From Octopus vulgaris (Eukaryota): a DNA stretch of 64,000 bases. The notes below the pieces were generated by a model. The model saw nothing but the letters and a program-made list of their open reading frames with translations, ran no database searches and was not told the DNA's origin. Location of the stretch: the NCBI GenBank assembly GCA_951406725.2, contig OX597817.1, forward strand, positions 87,730,001 through 87,794,000, read 5' to 3'. Positions within the stretch are counted from its first letter, which is position 1, and every line of letters begins with the position of its first letter. Below, piece after piece: positions 39,856 through 53,560 of the stretch. The translations under genes and the position numbers were made by a program.

Positions 39856-40180
39856 TCATCATCATCATCATCATCATCGTTTAACGTCCGTTTTCCGCGC
39901 TAGCACGGGTTGGACGGTTTCGACCGGGGTCTGGGGAGCCAGGGGCTGCCCCAGGCTCCAGTCTGGTCTGGCAGTGTTTCTACAGCTGGATGCCCTTCCT
40001 AACGCCAACCACTCCGCGAGTGTAGTGGGTGCTTGTGGGTGCTTTTTACGTGCCACCTGCACAGGTGCCAGAGGGGTCTGGCATCGGCCACGGTCGGTTG
40101 GTGCTTTTTATGTGCCACCTGCACAGAAGCCAGTCGGGGCGGTGCTGGCGTCGGCCACGTTCGGATGGTGCTTTTTATGT
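39856..40180 (-). mobile_element. Young RTE-LINE 3'-end fragment
   Basis: CpG-rich terminal motif, (CAT)n tail and repeat units. Confidence 0.8.
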
Positions 40181-40321
40181 GGGGGGGGGGTGCAGAAATA
40201 TAGGGGAGCACCAGTGGGGAGGGGTGGTTCAGAGAAACGATGACAGGTTCTAGGCAAGTAGAACGTAGGATATCACGAGAGGGGTAATGCATGGTGAAAT
40301 AGCGTATTGAAGAGGGAGGTT

Positions 40322-41238
<917 letters not shown>

Positions 41239-42855
41239 TCAGGAAGATGGCCCTGCTCGATCTGTAGAAAAGGTGTAGGTAGAAACTCTATAAGATGTAC
41301 CCAGTGTAAGCTATGGACACATAAGAGGTGCAGCAATGTCAAAGGTAGGCTAACTGGGAAGATAGTTTTTGTATGTGGCAGGTGCTCTGGAGCATTGACC
41401 TCCGAAAATCTGCAGAAAACAACTTCTGTCACTTTCCGGGGGGAAAAACTAGAAGTAGTTGATAGTTTCCGCTATCTAGGTGACCAAGTCAGTAGTGGGG
41501 GTGGGTGCGCTGAAAGTGTAACTGCTAGAATAAGAATAGCCTGGGCAAAGTTTAGGGAGCTCTTACCTCTGCTGGTGACTAAAGGCCTCTCGCTCAGGGT
41601 AAAAGGCAGACTGTATGATGCATGTGTACGAACAGCTATGCTACATGGCAGTGAAACATGGGCCGTGACTGCTGAGGACATGCGTAAGCTCGTGAGGAAC
41701 GAAGCCAGTATGCTCCGATGGATGTGTAATGTCAGTGTACTTACTCGACAGAGCGTTAGTACCTTGAGAGAAATGTTGTACCTAAGAAGCATCAGTTGTT
41801 GTGTGCAAGAGAGACGATTGCGCTGGTATGGTCATGTGGCGAGAATGGATGAAGATAGGTGTGTGAGAAAGTGCCAATCCCTAGCAGTTGAGGGAACCCG
41901 TGGAAGAGGTAGACCCAGGAAAACCTGGGACGAGGTGGTGAAGCACGACCTTCGGACGTTAGGTCTCACCATGGAAATGACTAGAGACCGAGACCTATGG
42001 AAGTATGCTGTGCGTGAGAAGACCCGGCAAGACTAGTGAAGCCATAATCCGTGGCCCCTACCTGGGACGTAGTCAGTCCACCTGTGCATACCTTCCTTCT
42101 TGTGACACTTGTGAAGACCTGTTGAGGCAAGTGAGAATCGAATCGTATCAAATCAAATCGAACCAAATCAAAATAGATGAACATCAATGGAATTTGTATC
42201 CTTGTGGTACCAGTGCCGGTGGCACATAAGAAAACCATCCGAACGTGACCGTAGCCAGTACCGCAATGACTGGCCTCCGTGCTGAGGGCACGTAACAAAC
42301 ACCATCCGAGCGTGGCCGTCCGCCAGCCTCGTCTGGCACCTGTGTCGGTGACACATAAGAAAACACCATCCGAGCGTGGCCGTCTGCCAGCCTCGTCTGG
42401 CACCTGTGTCGGTGGCACATAAAAAACACCATCCGAGCGTGGCCGTCTGCCAGCCTCGTCTGGCACCTGTGTCGGTGGCACATAAAAAACACCATCCGAG
42501 CGTGGCCGTCTGCCAGCCTCGTCTGGCACCTGTGTCGGTGGCACATAAAAAACACCATCCGAGCGTGGCCGTCTGCCAGCCTCGTCTGGCACCTGTGTCG
42601 GTGGCACATAAAAAACACCATCCGAGCGTGGCCGTCTGCCAGCCTCGTCTGGCACCTGTGTCGGTGGCACATAAAATCACCCACTACACTCTCGGAGTGG
42701 TTGGCGTTAGGAAGGGCATCCAGCTGTAGAAACACTGCCACATCTGACTGGCCTGGTGCAGCCTTCGGGCTTCCCAGACCCCAGTTGAACCGTCCAACCC
42801 ATGCTAGCATGGAAAGCGGACGTTAAACGATGATGATGATGATGATGATGATGAT
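41239..42855 (+). mobile_element. 5'-truncated RTE-clade LINE (RT C-terminal half, tandem-repeat 3' UTR, (GAT)n tail)
   Basis: Open frame to 42036 with FRYLG, MLHGSETW, RRLRWYGHV and GRGRPRKTW motifs typical of RTE ORF2; inserted in (TA)n. Confidence 0.93.
42301..42675 (+). repeat. 63-bp tandem repeat, 6 copies, in the RTE 3' UTR
   Basis: Units start at 42301, 42365, 42428, 42491, 42554 and 42617; essentially identical, with no spacers. Confidence 0.95.
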
Positions 42856-43786
42856 ATATATATATATATATATATATATATCAATAGGGTTAAGCAACAA
42901 GTTGCTTAGCCACATACCGAAAATTTAGAAATAACAGTCAAAAAACGCTTATTCCTATTTACTACAAATATAACATTTACTTGTAACTTACATATATATA
43001 TATATATGCATTTATATGTATATATATATATATGTGCATGTATAAAACTCACTTGGAAAAGGATGTGTGGTGTTCGATCATATAATAATATAAATATATA
43101 AATATATACATACCTAGATATATATGTATATATACATGCATATATGGGTACAGGACATCAAAAGAACGTTGAACACAATGAGAAACGAAAACATAAAAGC
43201 AAAAGAATAGAAACAAACAGAGAAACGAGACATACAACATAAAGAATATTCCCTTTCTTCAGTTGTCCCTGTTTCATCTACTCCACATTTCAAAGGCAAG
43301 GACAAGACGCGACTTTGTTGAAACAGTCCTTCCCGCAAAGCAAATTAAATAAAATTTGGAATTTTTTGCGGAGGGTGAAAGTGATATCAAGAACAGAACA
43401 GTGAGAACAAAACATTAAAAATATACGGTCAGGACTATTAAGCCGAGACAATACAAAAATTATTATGAATGCTAGGAGGACAAGCTTATGAAGGAGACAG
43501 TATAAGCACGTTTTTTTCTTTACGAAGGTCGTGGGCAGAGAGACAGATTATCTTTCATCACATGTCAGTGACGAGAGAGTTGAGGAGGAGGAGTGAGAGA
43601 GGGAATGGTGAAGAGGAGAGGAGAAGAATAGGGAAGGGTGGGAGAGAAAACCAGAAAGGATGAAGAACAAGAGAGGGAGAGAGATAGACAGAAAATATAG
43701 AGAATATAAACATGTTTATATTCTCTAAATTAAATGTCCTTCTCAAGTGATGCCAAACGTTTTGCCTTTTCATTTTTACTTTAATC

Positions 43787-43819
<33 letters not shown>

Positions 43820-43851
43820 ATACATGTGTGTGTATACATACACGCACTTAA

Positions 43852-44017
43852 CCCTTTTGCATTCAGATTGCATTATCGTGTAACTTAAAGACTTTGATGA
43901 TGTTTTTTTTTTTTGCAGTGACAGTCTGGGATAGGTGTGGGAGGCTGCATGTGGTCAGTTTGAACATTGAAATATTAGAATATTTGGGCTGGATATGCCA
44001 GTTTAAATTCTAAAGGG
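43852..44017. mobile_element. piggyBac-like MITE
   Basis: TTAA|CCCTTT...AAAGGG|TTAA. Confidence 0.65.
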
Positions 44018-44886
44018 TTAAGGCAGTAAGGTGACAAAATCATTTTTCTGCCAGTATTTTGTCTCACTCTTTATGTTCTGAGTTCAAACTGTCAGAATTA
44101 AATTTTGCCTTTCATCCTTTCAGGGTCATTAAAATAAGCACCAGTTGAGTACTGGGATTCAAGTAATCCACTTACCTCTTTTCTGGCCTGGTGCCAAAAA
44201 TAGAAAGAAAGTATATACATAGTAGGCACAGGTGTGGCTGTGTGGTAAGAAGCTTGCTTTCTAACCACATTGTTCTAGGTTCAGTCTCACTGCATGGCAC
44301 CTTTGGGCAAGTGTTTTCTACTATAGCCTCAAGCCATATATGTATGTGTGTGTGTGTTTTTGTGTCCATATTTGTCTCCCCAACACCACTTGACAATCTG
44401 TGTTGGTGTGTTTAGGTCCCTGTAACTTAGCAGTTCAGCAAAAAAAATTGATAGAATAAGCACCAGGCTTAATGAAAAAGTACTGGGATTGATTCATTCA
44501 ACTAAAAATTCTTCAAGGCAGTGCCCCAGCATGGCCAGTCCAATCAGTGAAACATTTAAAAGATAAAAGACATATTACATGGTACTCTGAAAAGGTACTT
44601 TAAAAAGTTTAAGTCAAACAAACGTCTAGAGCCTCACTATTTTGATATTTGTATAGAAAAGAATTATTCCATCAATATGTAACGTGTTCAAATTTTGTAA
44701 TAAATATTCTGTGCATACTAATATGGAGAAGGTAATGGTAAACAGTGTAAAGAAAAGAGTTCCAAACTAAAATTTAAAGAGATGATAATTAGGAATGAGG
44801 CAATGAGTTGTTTTATCTAATAACATGTCCATTTTAATATCTCAAACATTTGAGAATCCCATTACAATAAATCTGTGGTGTATAGC

Positions 44887-45188
44887 AGTGGTCCCAAAGC
44901 ACTAAGCCATAGACCAGTACCAGGTCATGGATCATTTGAGACCAGGCCACACAGAAAGAATAAATTTATAAACTTTATTACTGTTTTATTGACTATCGCA
45001 ATCTACAGGATGTTTTTGCATTATATATGTATTATATCTGTTATATATATACCTATTATATATGTAACCATTAAATTATATACTATACACTTTATTGTGT
45101 TTTGTTATGCACGGGATCTCCCAGTTCATGGAAAAATTGTTTTGCATGAAACTGGTCTGTGTGGTGCAGAAAAGACTGGGGACTGCTC
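44887..45188. mobile_element. hAT (Charlie/MER1-like) MITE
   Basis: CAGTGGTCCC...GGGGACTGCT termini; ATGGAAAAATTGT..TGCATGAAACT shared with 21848-22320. Confidence 0.6.
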
Positions 45189-45974
45189 ATGTACTACAGG
45201 TCAGCCAAATGAATTGACCTTAATTCTCTTACTTTACTAAAATAGTTGTAAACTATTGACTTATGTCTGTCAAGTATATTTTATTTGTCAGTATTAATTC
45301 ATTGTGTTATTGATTAAGACCAATCTGTTCAAACTAGATTAAATTAAATTTAAAAAAAAAACTAGCCTGGTTGACATAGGTTTCAACTAATTCACATAAA
45401 ATGTTTAAAAATCAAACAGATTCACCAAATAAAGCTTCTTGATCTAATGGCACTCGGCTGTCTGTAGCCCACTTCAAAGACAATAACTGTAGTGATGAAA
45501 AAATAACATCAGAGAATTGAACCAAATGCCTTTTCTCCTTCATTCATATTCTAAGTTTAAATGTTTCTTCTTTCTGTCTATGTCAGAGATCAATATCTAA
45601 AATGTTTCTTCTTTGGCTTTGATTCCTCCAGGACACAACAAATATATTATGAAATATTTTATCTATTCTATTTATCCTTTATGATAAGGTTGTGTTGACA
45701 TACTTCATGCAGTGAGCTAAGATATTTTAATTTAATAATTAATTACAGCTATGGTGAGGACAAAGAATCTATACTTAAACCATAATTTCTGGTCAACAAA
45801 AACAGGGAAAACAACCCGAAATATGAAATATCAATTACTTAAAATTGATTAATAATAAAGTATGATGTGGTTAATGCAGTGGTGAGTTTCAGTCATAGAG
45901 TCAAAATGACAGTTTCAGTCATATTAGACCTCATTAGAACTGATCAAAATAATTGATTATTTAAAACGATTCTG

Positions 45975-48098
45975 AGAACATTCATCATAAACATTTTTGC
46001 CACAGGAAAACTCACCTTAGGAAACTTTGACGTATAGGAAATTTTGCTGTAAGATAATTTCGAAGATATGGCAGGCAATCTGATTTAGAGAAATGGCAAC
46101 TCTGAAAAACATTGCTTTTTATATATACAGTATATGTTTTTTATAATTCTGTTTTAGATGTAACTGTTTTTTGTTTTCTTTTTCTGCTTTGTAAATATTA
46201 TCATATTTATATAGTATTACTTTTTATTTAAGCAGAATTTTTTTTTATTTTTTTTGAAAACATTACCTTCTTTTAGATTGCTTTACTTTGCACACCCCCC
46301 TAGCTTTGCCATGCTCTTCCCCACACTCTTTACAATTACCCAAAAGTGCCCAGGAAAGAGCAAAGGTATAGATTTGTGATAGATCAGCTTTTGTGAGTCA
46401 TTTGATTTTGTTCCAAACATTGATATACTTTGGTAAAGAAAAAAAATGTCTTGTATAGATAGGACTTTATATTTAAAAACATGATTTACCTTATCTTTTT
46501 TCATTGTCAAACAATAGAAAGTAAATAAAAAAGTGTAAATTTATTTAGAAATACATGGAACTCTAAAAATTGACAAAAAGTAATTTAAAATGTGTACAAA
46601 TTCCAAGCAATGCTTCGTAAATAAAGTGCTTCTTGTGTTATACTGTAATGAAGCATTTTCCACTGGAGTCTTTCATTGATACCAATATATATTTTCTTCA
46701 TAAGGACTGCATCTTCTCAATCTAAATCACACTTTCTTTTTCACTAATATCTCTTCCTTTTTCAAATACATAATAAGTTTCCACAAATTTAGGTGCATGT
46801 TAGCAATAAAACTTTGCATTGCATTGTGGAAGCCTTCTACACTGTTGTTTGTTCTCATCATATTATTCTGAGTTCTTTCAAAATCATATCACAATTCAAT
46901 AGGAAAAGTTGGCTGCTTTCTTCGTCTTCACTTGCTTCAACCTTGTTCTCCTCCTATATAATGAGTTTCAAAATATGATACAAATTCTTCGGGGTTAATC
47001 ATCATCATCAGTTCAAGAAAACCATCAATAACATCACTCACTGGAAGAAATGCTAAAGTTAAATTCTGCATCTGTTTGGTATCAAGACTTTAAACCTATA
47101 TCCACAATAAGGTGATAGATATTCTTAGCCATATGAAATAAACAACCTGTTATATTTGTTGTTGGAAATATATCACAGAAAGCATTGATAATTGCTTTCT
47201 TGAAATCAACCATTATGGTTTCTGACTCTAAAGGCTGCATTTAAAAGTACCATCACAATCCCAATCCTTCTTATTCTCAAGATCATCTAAACCAGCTTGT
47301 ATGTCAAACACTAAATTTCTCTCTGAATTATCTTCACCACTATCATATAATAAAAACTTCTCACCATTTTCAAGAAATCTATATTCTTCAGGTATTATAT
47401 GCCCACTTCTTCCGGTTGGGATCAGAGGAGCTTGGCATTTCTTTTCCCTCCCACCTCTAATATTGCAAGATAAATGCAATGATGCTGGCATCAGTGACAA
47501 TGCATTATCATCTTAACTAGATGAAATTTCTGCTATTAACAACCATACAGAAGTTTGTGAATTAGTGGCTAGTGATTTCAGTTTTATTTTTACTATGTAA
47601 ACTTTTGGTTTTGAAGGATGAGTAGGATGGCAATGCTCGCCGAATGTTTTACATATAGAGAAATTATCATTTTCCAGTACAGTATGCATTCTTGTTTTAC
47701 ATTCTCTATTTTCACATTTCCAATGTTTTTTCACTATCCTATAAACTAAATCAAAATCAACTAATTTCACACTACCTCTGCTAGTTTCCACTTTTTAGAC
47801 CATTTTAATGGGTTGACTACACAAAAAAATATTGTCGAATGAATAAAGAAATAATAAATGAGTTAAGGAATTACTTTACCCCTTTTTATTGGTTTCTCTA
47901 ATAGTATTATTGACAGGTTGGCTGAAACAACTATATGCCAATGGAGCAATTCATCATTTTCTGGTGAAAATGTCTTGTGGCAAAATTTCCTATGCACTGA
48001 ACTTTCCTGACAAAAATTCCTTTGTGGCGAACTTTCCTGCGGCTGAAAATCCTGAGGCCAATTTTTTTTTGGCAAAAATGTTTATGGAAAACTTTCCA
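45975..48098 (-). mobile_element. Mutator-like (MULE) transposon with FLYWCH domain, inactivated
   Basis: Minus strand: WKCENRECKTRMHT..GEHCHP (FLYWCH), DGTFK, MVDFKKAIINAF..GCLFHM, LAFLP and RTNNSVEGFHN (DDE). Long repetitive TIRs (CATAAACATTTTTGCC near 45986; its reverse complement near 48071-48086). Confidence 0.85.
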
Positions 48099-48164
48099 AA
48101 TACAATTTACTACATCTAAAACAGTAATCTTTCAATATTCTTCTTTCCATTTACCTGATATCAG

Positions 48165-48345
48165 CCATAAAGAATTTCACAGCAAGTTAAAAGTGAGCTT
48201 TTTAAAAGCATTGGATATTCTTCAGAAAAATTTTGATTCTGAATTTGGAGTGAATAAATCCAAGAACACTGAGTGTATTGAACCCTACAGCACCCAGGAA
48301 GATATTTCTGATGAAGAAGGATCTTGTGCAACATCATTTAACCAG
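48165..48345 (+). CDS. TBC1D32: TBC1D32/broad-minded coding exon 3
   Basis: Acceptor ATCAG| after a pyrimidine tract; CT+C gives Leu in frame. HKEFHSKLK...SCATSFNQ parallels recalled YKEMMHYLK...SDSSLNQ. Donor CAG|GTAATC at 48346, phase 0. Confidence 0.85.
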
Positions 48346-49255
48346 GTAATCCTCTTTTATCCTTCAAATTTTTTTGTCTTTTTATTGGACAAACTGGCAA
48401 CATTGTTAGAGCATGACACCAAAATGTCTTGTGGTATTTGTTCCAACCCTCTGCCTGGGATCAGCTTTCAAACTCAATAAAATAATATACTATAACTGGG
48501 GGAATAATGAGGTTGGGATATCATCATCAACATTTAATGTCCATTTTCCATACTGGCATGAGTTGGATGGCTTAACAGAAACTAGCTGCACCAGGTTCCA
48601 TAGTCTGTTTTAGCTTGGTTTCTATGGCTAAATGTCCTTCCCAATGGCAACAACTTTACAGAGTGTACTGGGTACGTTTTATATGGCACCATCACCAGTG
48701 TTTTGTATGTAGCACCAGCACCAGTGCTTTTTACATGGCACTCCATCTCTTACAAAATGGAAACAGACACCCTCTCTTCTATAAGTTGCATAGCCATGTG
48801 GCTCCTCTGCAGTAAGAAACTTCTGCTCTGGCCCCTTTTCTCATATTTTAATCCCTCGTCTCCAAGAATAAAGCCACCTCCTTCTCCACTGTAGCCTCAC
48901 TCATTTGATGAGGATCTTAGTTTCGCAGACTGCATGGTGACCTCACAGGTGCTGGTGTCACAAGCAAAGTACCCAGCCCATATTGTAAAGTGTGGTTGAC
49001 ATTTGAAGGGCATCGAACCATAGAAACTATGCCAAAGCATGATGAAGACCTCAAGACTCATCAGATCTTGTCAAACCTTCCAACCCACAGCAGTATGGAA
49101 CAAAGGTGTTAAATGATGAGGAGGAGGAAGAGCAAAATTAAACAAGTCAATTCTTTGTTTAACAATTTAGTGGAAAGAGGTGTCATAACATTCTGGATAT
49201 TAATCTTCAAAAGAGATGGAGAGAGATACATAGTGGGATTGAGAAAGAGAGATAT

Positions 49256-50495
49256 AATCATCATTTAACATCCGTTTTCCATCCTAGCATGGGTTGGACG
49301 GTTTGACTGAGGACTGGCGAGCCGGATGACTGCACCAGGCTCCAATCTGATCTGGCAGAGTTTCTACAGCTGGATGCTCTTCCTAACGCCAACCACTCAG
49401 AGAGTTTAATGGGTGCTTTTACGTGCCACTGGCATGAGGGCCATTCAGGCAGTACTGGCAATAGCCATACTCAAATGGTGTTTTTTATGTGCCACCTGCA
49501 CAGGAGCCAGTCCAGCGGCACTGGTGATAACCTCGCTCGAATGTTGTCTTTCAAGTGCCAGTAAGGCAACGCTGGTAACGATTACATTTGGACAGTGCTT
49601 TTATGTGCCACTGGCACGGGAATCAGTCAGCGACCCTGGCAACAATTACTCTTGGATGGTGCTCCACTAGCACAGATGCCAGTCAAGTGGTGCTGTCATC
49701 GAATTTGAATTCGATTTTACTTGCCTCAACAGGTATTCGCAAGCAGAGTTTAGTGTCTACTGAAAGAAAGGTACACATAAGTGGGCTGGTTACACCACTG
49801 GCATAGGCCACTGGATATGGTCTCACTTGGCTTGCTGGGTCTTCTCAAGCACAACATATTTCCAAAGGTGTTGGTCACTAGTAATTGCTTACGTGAGGCT
49901 TAATGTTCGAAGGTCATGCTTCACCACCTCATCCCAGGTCTTCCTGGGTCTACCTCTTCCACAGGTTCCCTCAACCGTTAGGGTGTGATACTTTTTCATG
50001 CAGCTATCCTCATCCATTCTCACCATACCAGCACAATCGTCTCTCTTGTACACCACATCTGATGCTTCTTAGGTCCAACTTTTCTCTCAAGACACCTACA
50101 CTCTATTGAGTATACACACTGACATTACACATCTAGCGGAGCATACTGGCTTCATTCCTTGCGAGCTTATGCATGTCCTCAGCAGTCATGGCCCATGGTT
50201 CACTACCATGTAGCATGGCTGTTCGTACACATGCGTCATACAGTCTACTTTTTACTCTACCAGCAGTGTTAGGAGCTCTCTGAACTTTGCTCAGGCTATT
50301 CTTATTCTAGCAGCCACACTTTCAGAGCACCCACCCCCACTACTGACTTGGTCACCTAGGTAACGGAAGCTATCACCTACTTCTAGTTTTTTCTCCCTGG
50401 AATGTGGCAGAATGTTCTCTGCACATTTTCAGTGTTTATTGCTCCTGAGCATCTGCCACATACAAAAACTATCTTCCCAGTTAGCCTTCCTTTGA
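49256..50495 (-). mobile_element. 5'-truncated RTE-clade LINE, antisense to the host gene
   Basis: Reverse complement of the 41.3-42.8 kb element, from the end of the zinc finger through the 3' UTR and tail; more decayed. Confidence 0.88.
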
Positions 50496-51373
50496 AATGA
50501 AAAAAAAAAAGAATGAAAGTGTAAAAGGTTAAAAATCAAGTGGGAATGCAGTTTTGTGGGGAGGAACTTAGTGAGGAAGTATAAGAATGTATGTGAGTGT
50601 GGAACCAAGCATAAGGAGGAGTGGTGTGTGTGTGTGTGGATACAGAGATGTGCAAGTGTATAAGTATAGTGTCATTGGCTAGTGAAGCTGGGAATGTTGG
50701 TGGGTATGTGATTGTTAAGTGGGTGGTTTGAAAGTGTGAATGTGAGGAGGGGAGAGCATGTGCAGGTGTGCATGAATAAAAGTATTGATGAAGTAGATGG
50801 CATATTGCATCCACTGCAAACTATAGTTTCAGGTCATCCAATACCATGTTAGGGAATTCAGTAGATGAAATCTCCAAGAGGACTTTCATGTGTGTGTGAG
50901 TTTGTGTGCGCATGCAAATGTGCCTGTATGTTTGCATTCCAAATAGTTGCTGCTTCAGCAAAGCAGTGATAATGTTGACATTCCTTGTTGACATTAAGAA
51001 CAATTGCTTTGCACTTTGGTGGGAATAAGGAAATCCCTTACTTGGGAAATGGGTAATGGATAGAAACAGGAAGAGGACCTGAATATAAAATCCTTTCTCA
51101 AATAATTCACCATCCAAAGCCCATGAAAAAATGAATGTTAGGTGAACAAATGATTAAATATACATAAACATACTTAAATACACACACACACATATATATA
51201 TGTATGTATATATAATCAGTGTATCATATATCTGAAAACAAAGCACATTCTAAAGCATAGAGCAGTAATGTATTTATTACACAGCTAAGTATAATGTCCA
51301 GTTATAGAGTGACTATTGGTCACTTTATGTATGCAAAACCATTGATCACTCTATGACTGGTCATATACTTAAC

Positions 51374-51431
<58 letters not shown>

Positions 51432-51569
51432 ACAAAACAGGAAAGTGAAAATTTGTCTGGTATTATTAAAAATTTCACTTTCCTGGTTTTGAACAGCAGC
51501 AACTATGGATACACATTGATTGTAATAATGGAATAAGCAGATGCACTTCAAGAGGAAACAGACGAACTA

Positions 51570-51616
<47 letters not shown>

Positions 51617-51758
51617 AGTTTGTGTATGAACTTCGTAGTTTACTTTATAAAGCTTGCCCATTGATATAGGCCACCAGGTGCAGTTTCATGATGTAAACCA
51701 ATTGTATTAATGAAGATACATCCAGAAATCCATGAAGATCCATGGAATATATATGAAA

Positions 51759-52348
51759 AATGTGTCAACAAGAGAGATTGGATTGAGCAAACATGCTTTA
51801 TTGCATAATACTATAACTGTTTCATCTTCACTCTACCAGCAGATAATTGCCAAAATATTACTATATAATAAATACATTAGATTTATTATATTGCATCAGT
51901 ATTACTTCAGTAACACTGGCAAATGAGGACTCCTCAGATATGGGTGCAAAGTGTTCACTAAATGAAACCATATTCTACAGAATAAATATTTCACCATATT
52001 CAAAAAATAAAAACGAACATCACAAGTTTGTTAACCTCAAGTACAGTATAGATGGTCAATAAAACGAGTGATGAGGAAAACAAATAAAATGATAAGTGTA
52101 AATCTAGTGAGGTATAATATTATATTGTGTAAAGTATAAGGTTTAACTTAGCAAACATTTTACATCCATACCTGAGGAGTCTTCATCTGCCAATGTTGCT
52201 GAAATAATAGCGGTGCAATGTAATAAAATGTCATGTATATATCGTATGATAATATTTTGGCAATTATTTGCTGGTAAAGTGAAGATGACACAATTGTTGT
52301 ATTATGTAAAGCTTATTTGTTCTACCCAATCTTTCCTGTTTACACATT
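51759..52348. mobile_element. Decayed fold-back element (inverted arms of about 210 bp)
   Basis: 51759-51979 is the diverged reverse complement of 52140-52348. Each arm carries a degenerate CTGAGGA...T-GAA(A/G) hammerhead-like motif. Confidence 0.65.
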
Positions 52349-52724
52349 ATACATGTGTGCATGTGTGTATATATATATATATATATATGAATTACAGGAT
52401 AAATATTTTGAAGTTACATCACAAATAGTTTTTACTGAGCAAAGCAAATGGTGCATGCACATACAAATCTACTATCGATATTTCACATCTAATGAATTCT
52501 TTAAAAATCTGCTTAGATAATCTATATGAAATAATGGAATGATTTTATCAGTATCTCCTCTCCTCTCTCTCTCTCTCTCCCCCTCTGACTCTCTTTCTCT
52601 CCATCTCTTTCAATCTCTCCTCTCTATCTTTCTAATATGTATATTTTTATATGTGTTTATTACTAAGTTAATACTAACCCTTATTTTCAATATTGTTTTT
52701 CCTTTTATTTCTTTGTATATACAG

Positions 52725-52799
52725 AGCAGCCTGATGTTTGTGTGTCACGAAAAGCTGTTAAGTCTTACAAACAATTTGGTAAAAACAAAGAGTTTAGCA
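52725..52799 (+). CDS. TBC1D32: TBC1D32/broad-minded coding exon 4 (gene continues beyond window)
   Basis: Long pyrimidine tract plus ACAG| acceptor. 25 codons, SSLMFVCHEKLLSLTNNLVKTKSLA, similar in size to the recalled [24 protein letters not shown] segment. Donor GTGAGT at 52800; phase 0-0. Confidence 0.75.
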
Positions 52800-53004
52800 G
52801 TGAGTTTAATCTTATTGTATCTTTTTTCTCTCGCTTTTTCATGTTCTGCTGTTAACTATTTGCAGCCCAGGCTGGCAAATACTTGCAGTTTGTTTGGTCT
52901 CTCCTCACAATGAAATTATTTATATAATAAACTAAACAAATATCAAATGAGCAAAAAGCAATGTTTTGAAGTCAGATGCTTATGGGATAACACAATAATG
53001 TGAA

Positions 53005-53560
53005 TGTGGTGATGATGGCCATAGTTGTAATAGATGAGGTGGGGATGGGGTATGAAGTGGTGGGGGTATGAAATGATGGGGATGGAGATATGAAATGGTG
53101 GGGATGGGGTGTCAAGTGGGGGTAGGGGTATGATGCGATGGGGATGGGGGGATGCTAGTTGTTTAAGTAGTGTTTATTGTAGTAGTGGTGGTGGTAGTGA
53201 TTATCATCATTGTGATTGAGGTGGAGCTAGTTGTAGCTGTAGTAGTTATCATAGTGGAAGTGGTGGTAGTAGTGGAGGTAATTCTTATTGTGGTGGTGGT
53301 AGTGGTGATAATAGTAGGAGTAGTAGTAAAGATAATTAAAATCTTGATAAAGGCGGTGGCAGTGGTAGGTTTAGTGGTAGTATTAGTTGTAGTAGCAGGG
53401 GTAGTTGTAAATCTTGGTAGCGGGGGTGTAGTAGCAGTGGTGATTGTAATCATGCAGGAGATAGTAGTAGTGGTGGAGGTATTTATTATCATGGTGGTGG
53501 CGGCGGCGGTGGCAGTGGTGGTGGTGGTGGTGGTGGTGGTAGCTGGTGCAGTGATGTGAG
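53005..53560. repeat. G-rich and (GGT/AGT)n low-complexity tract
   Basis: GGGG runs at 53038-53152 followed by GTG/GTA triplets. Confidence 0.9.

Noticed and set aside
42301-42675. CRISPR-like regularly spaced repeats
   Set aside because: The units are contiguous and identical with no unique spacers, there are no cas genes, and they lie in a LINE 3' UTR in eukaryotic DNA.
43045-43780. Hammerhead or PLE call for the (TA)n-bounded insert
   Set aside because: It looks like an interspersed repeat and has CTGAAGA on the - strand, but I could not assemble consistent stems or a protein motif.
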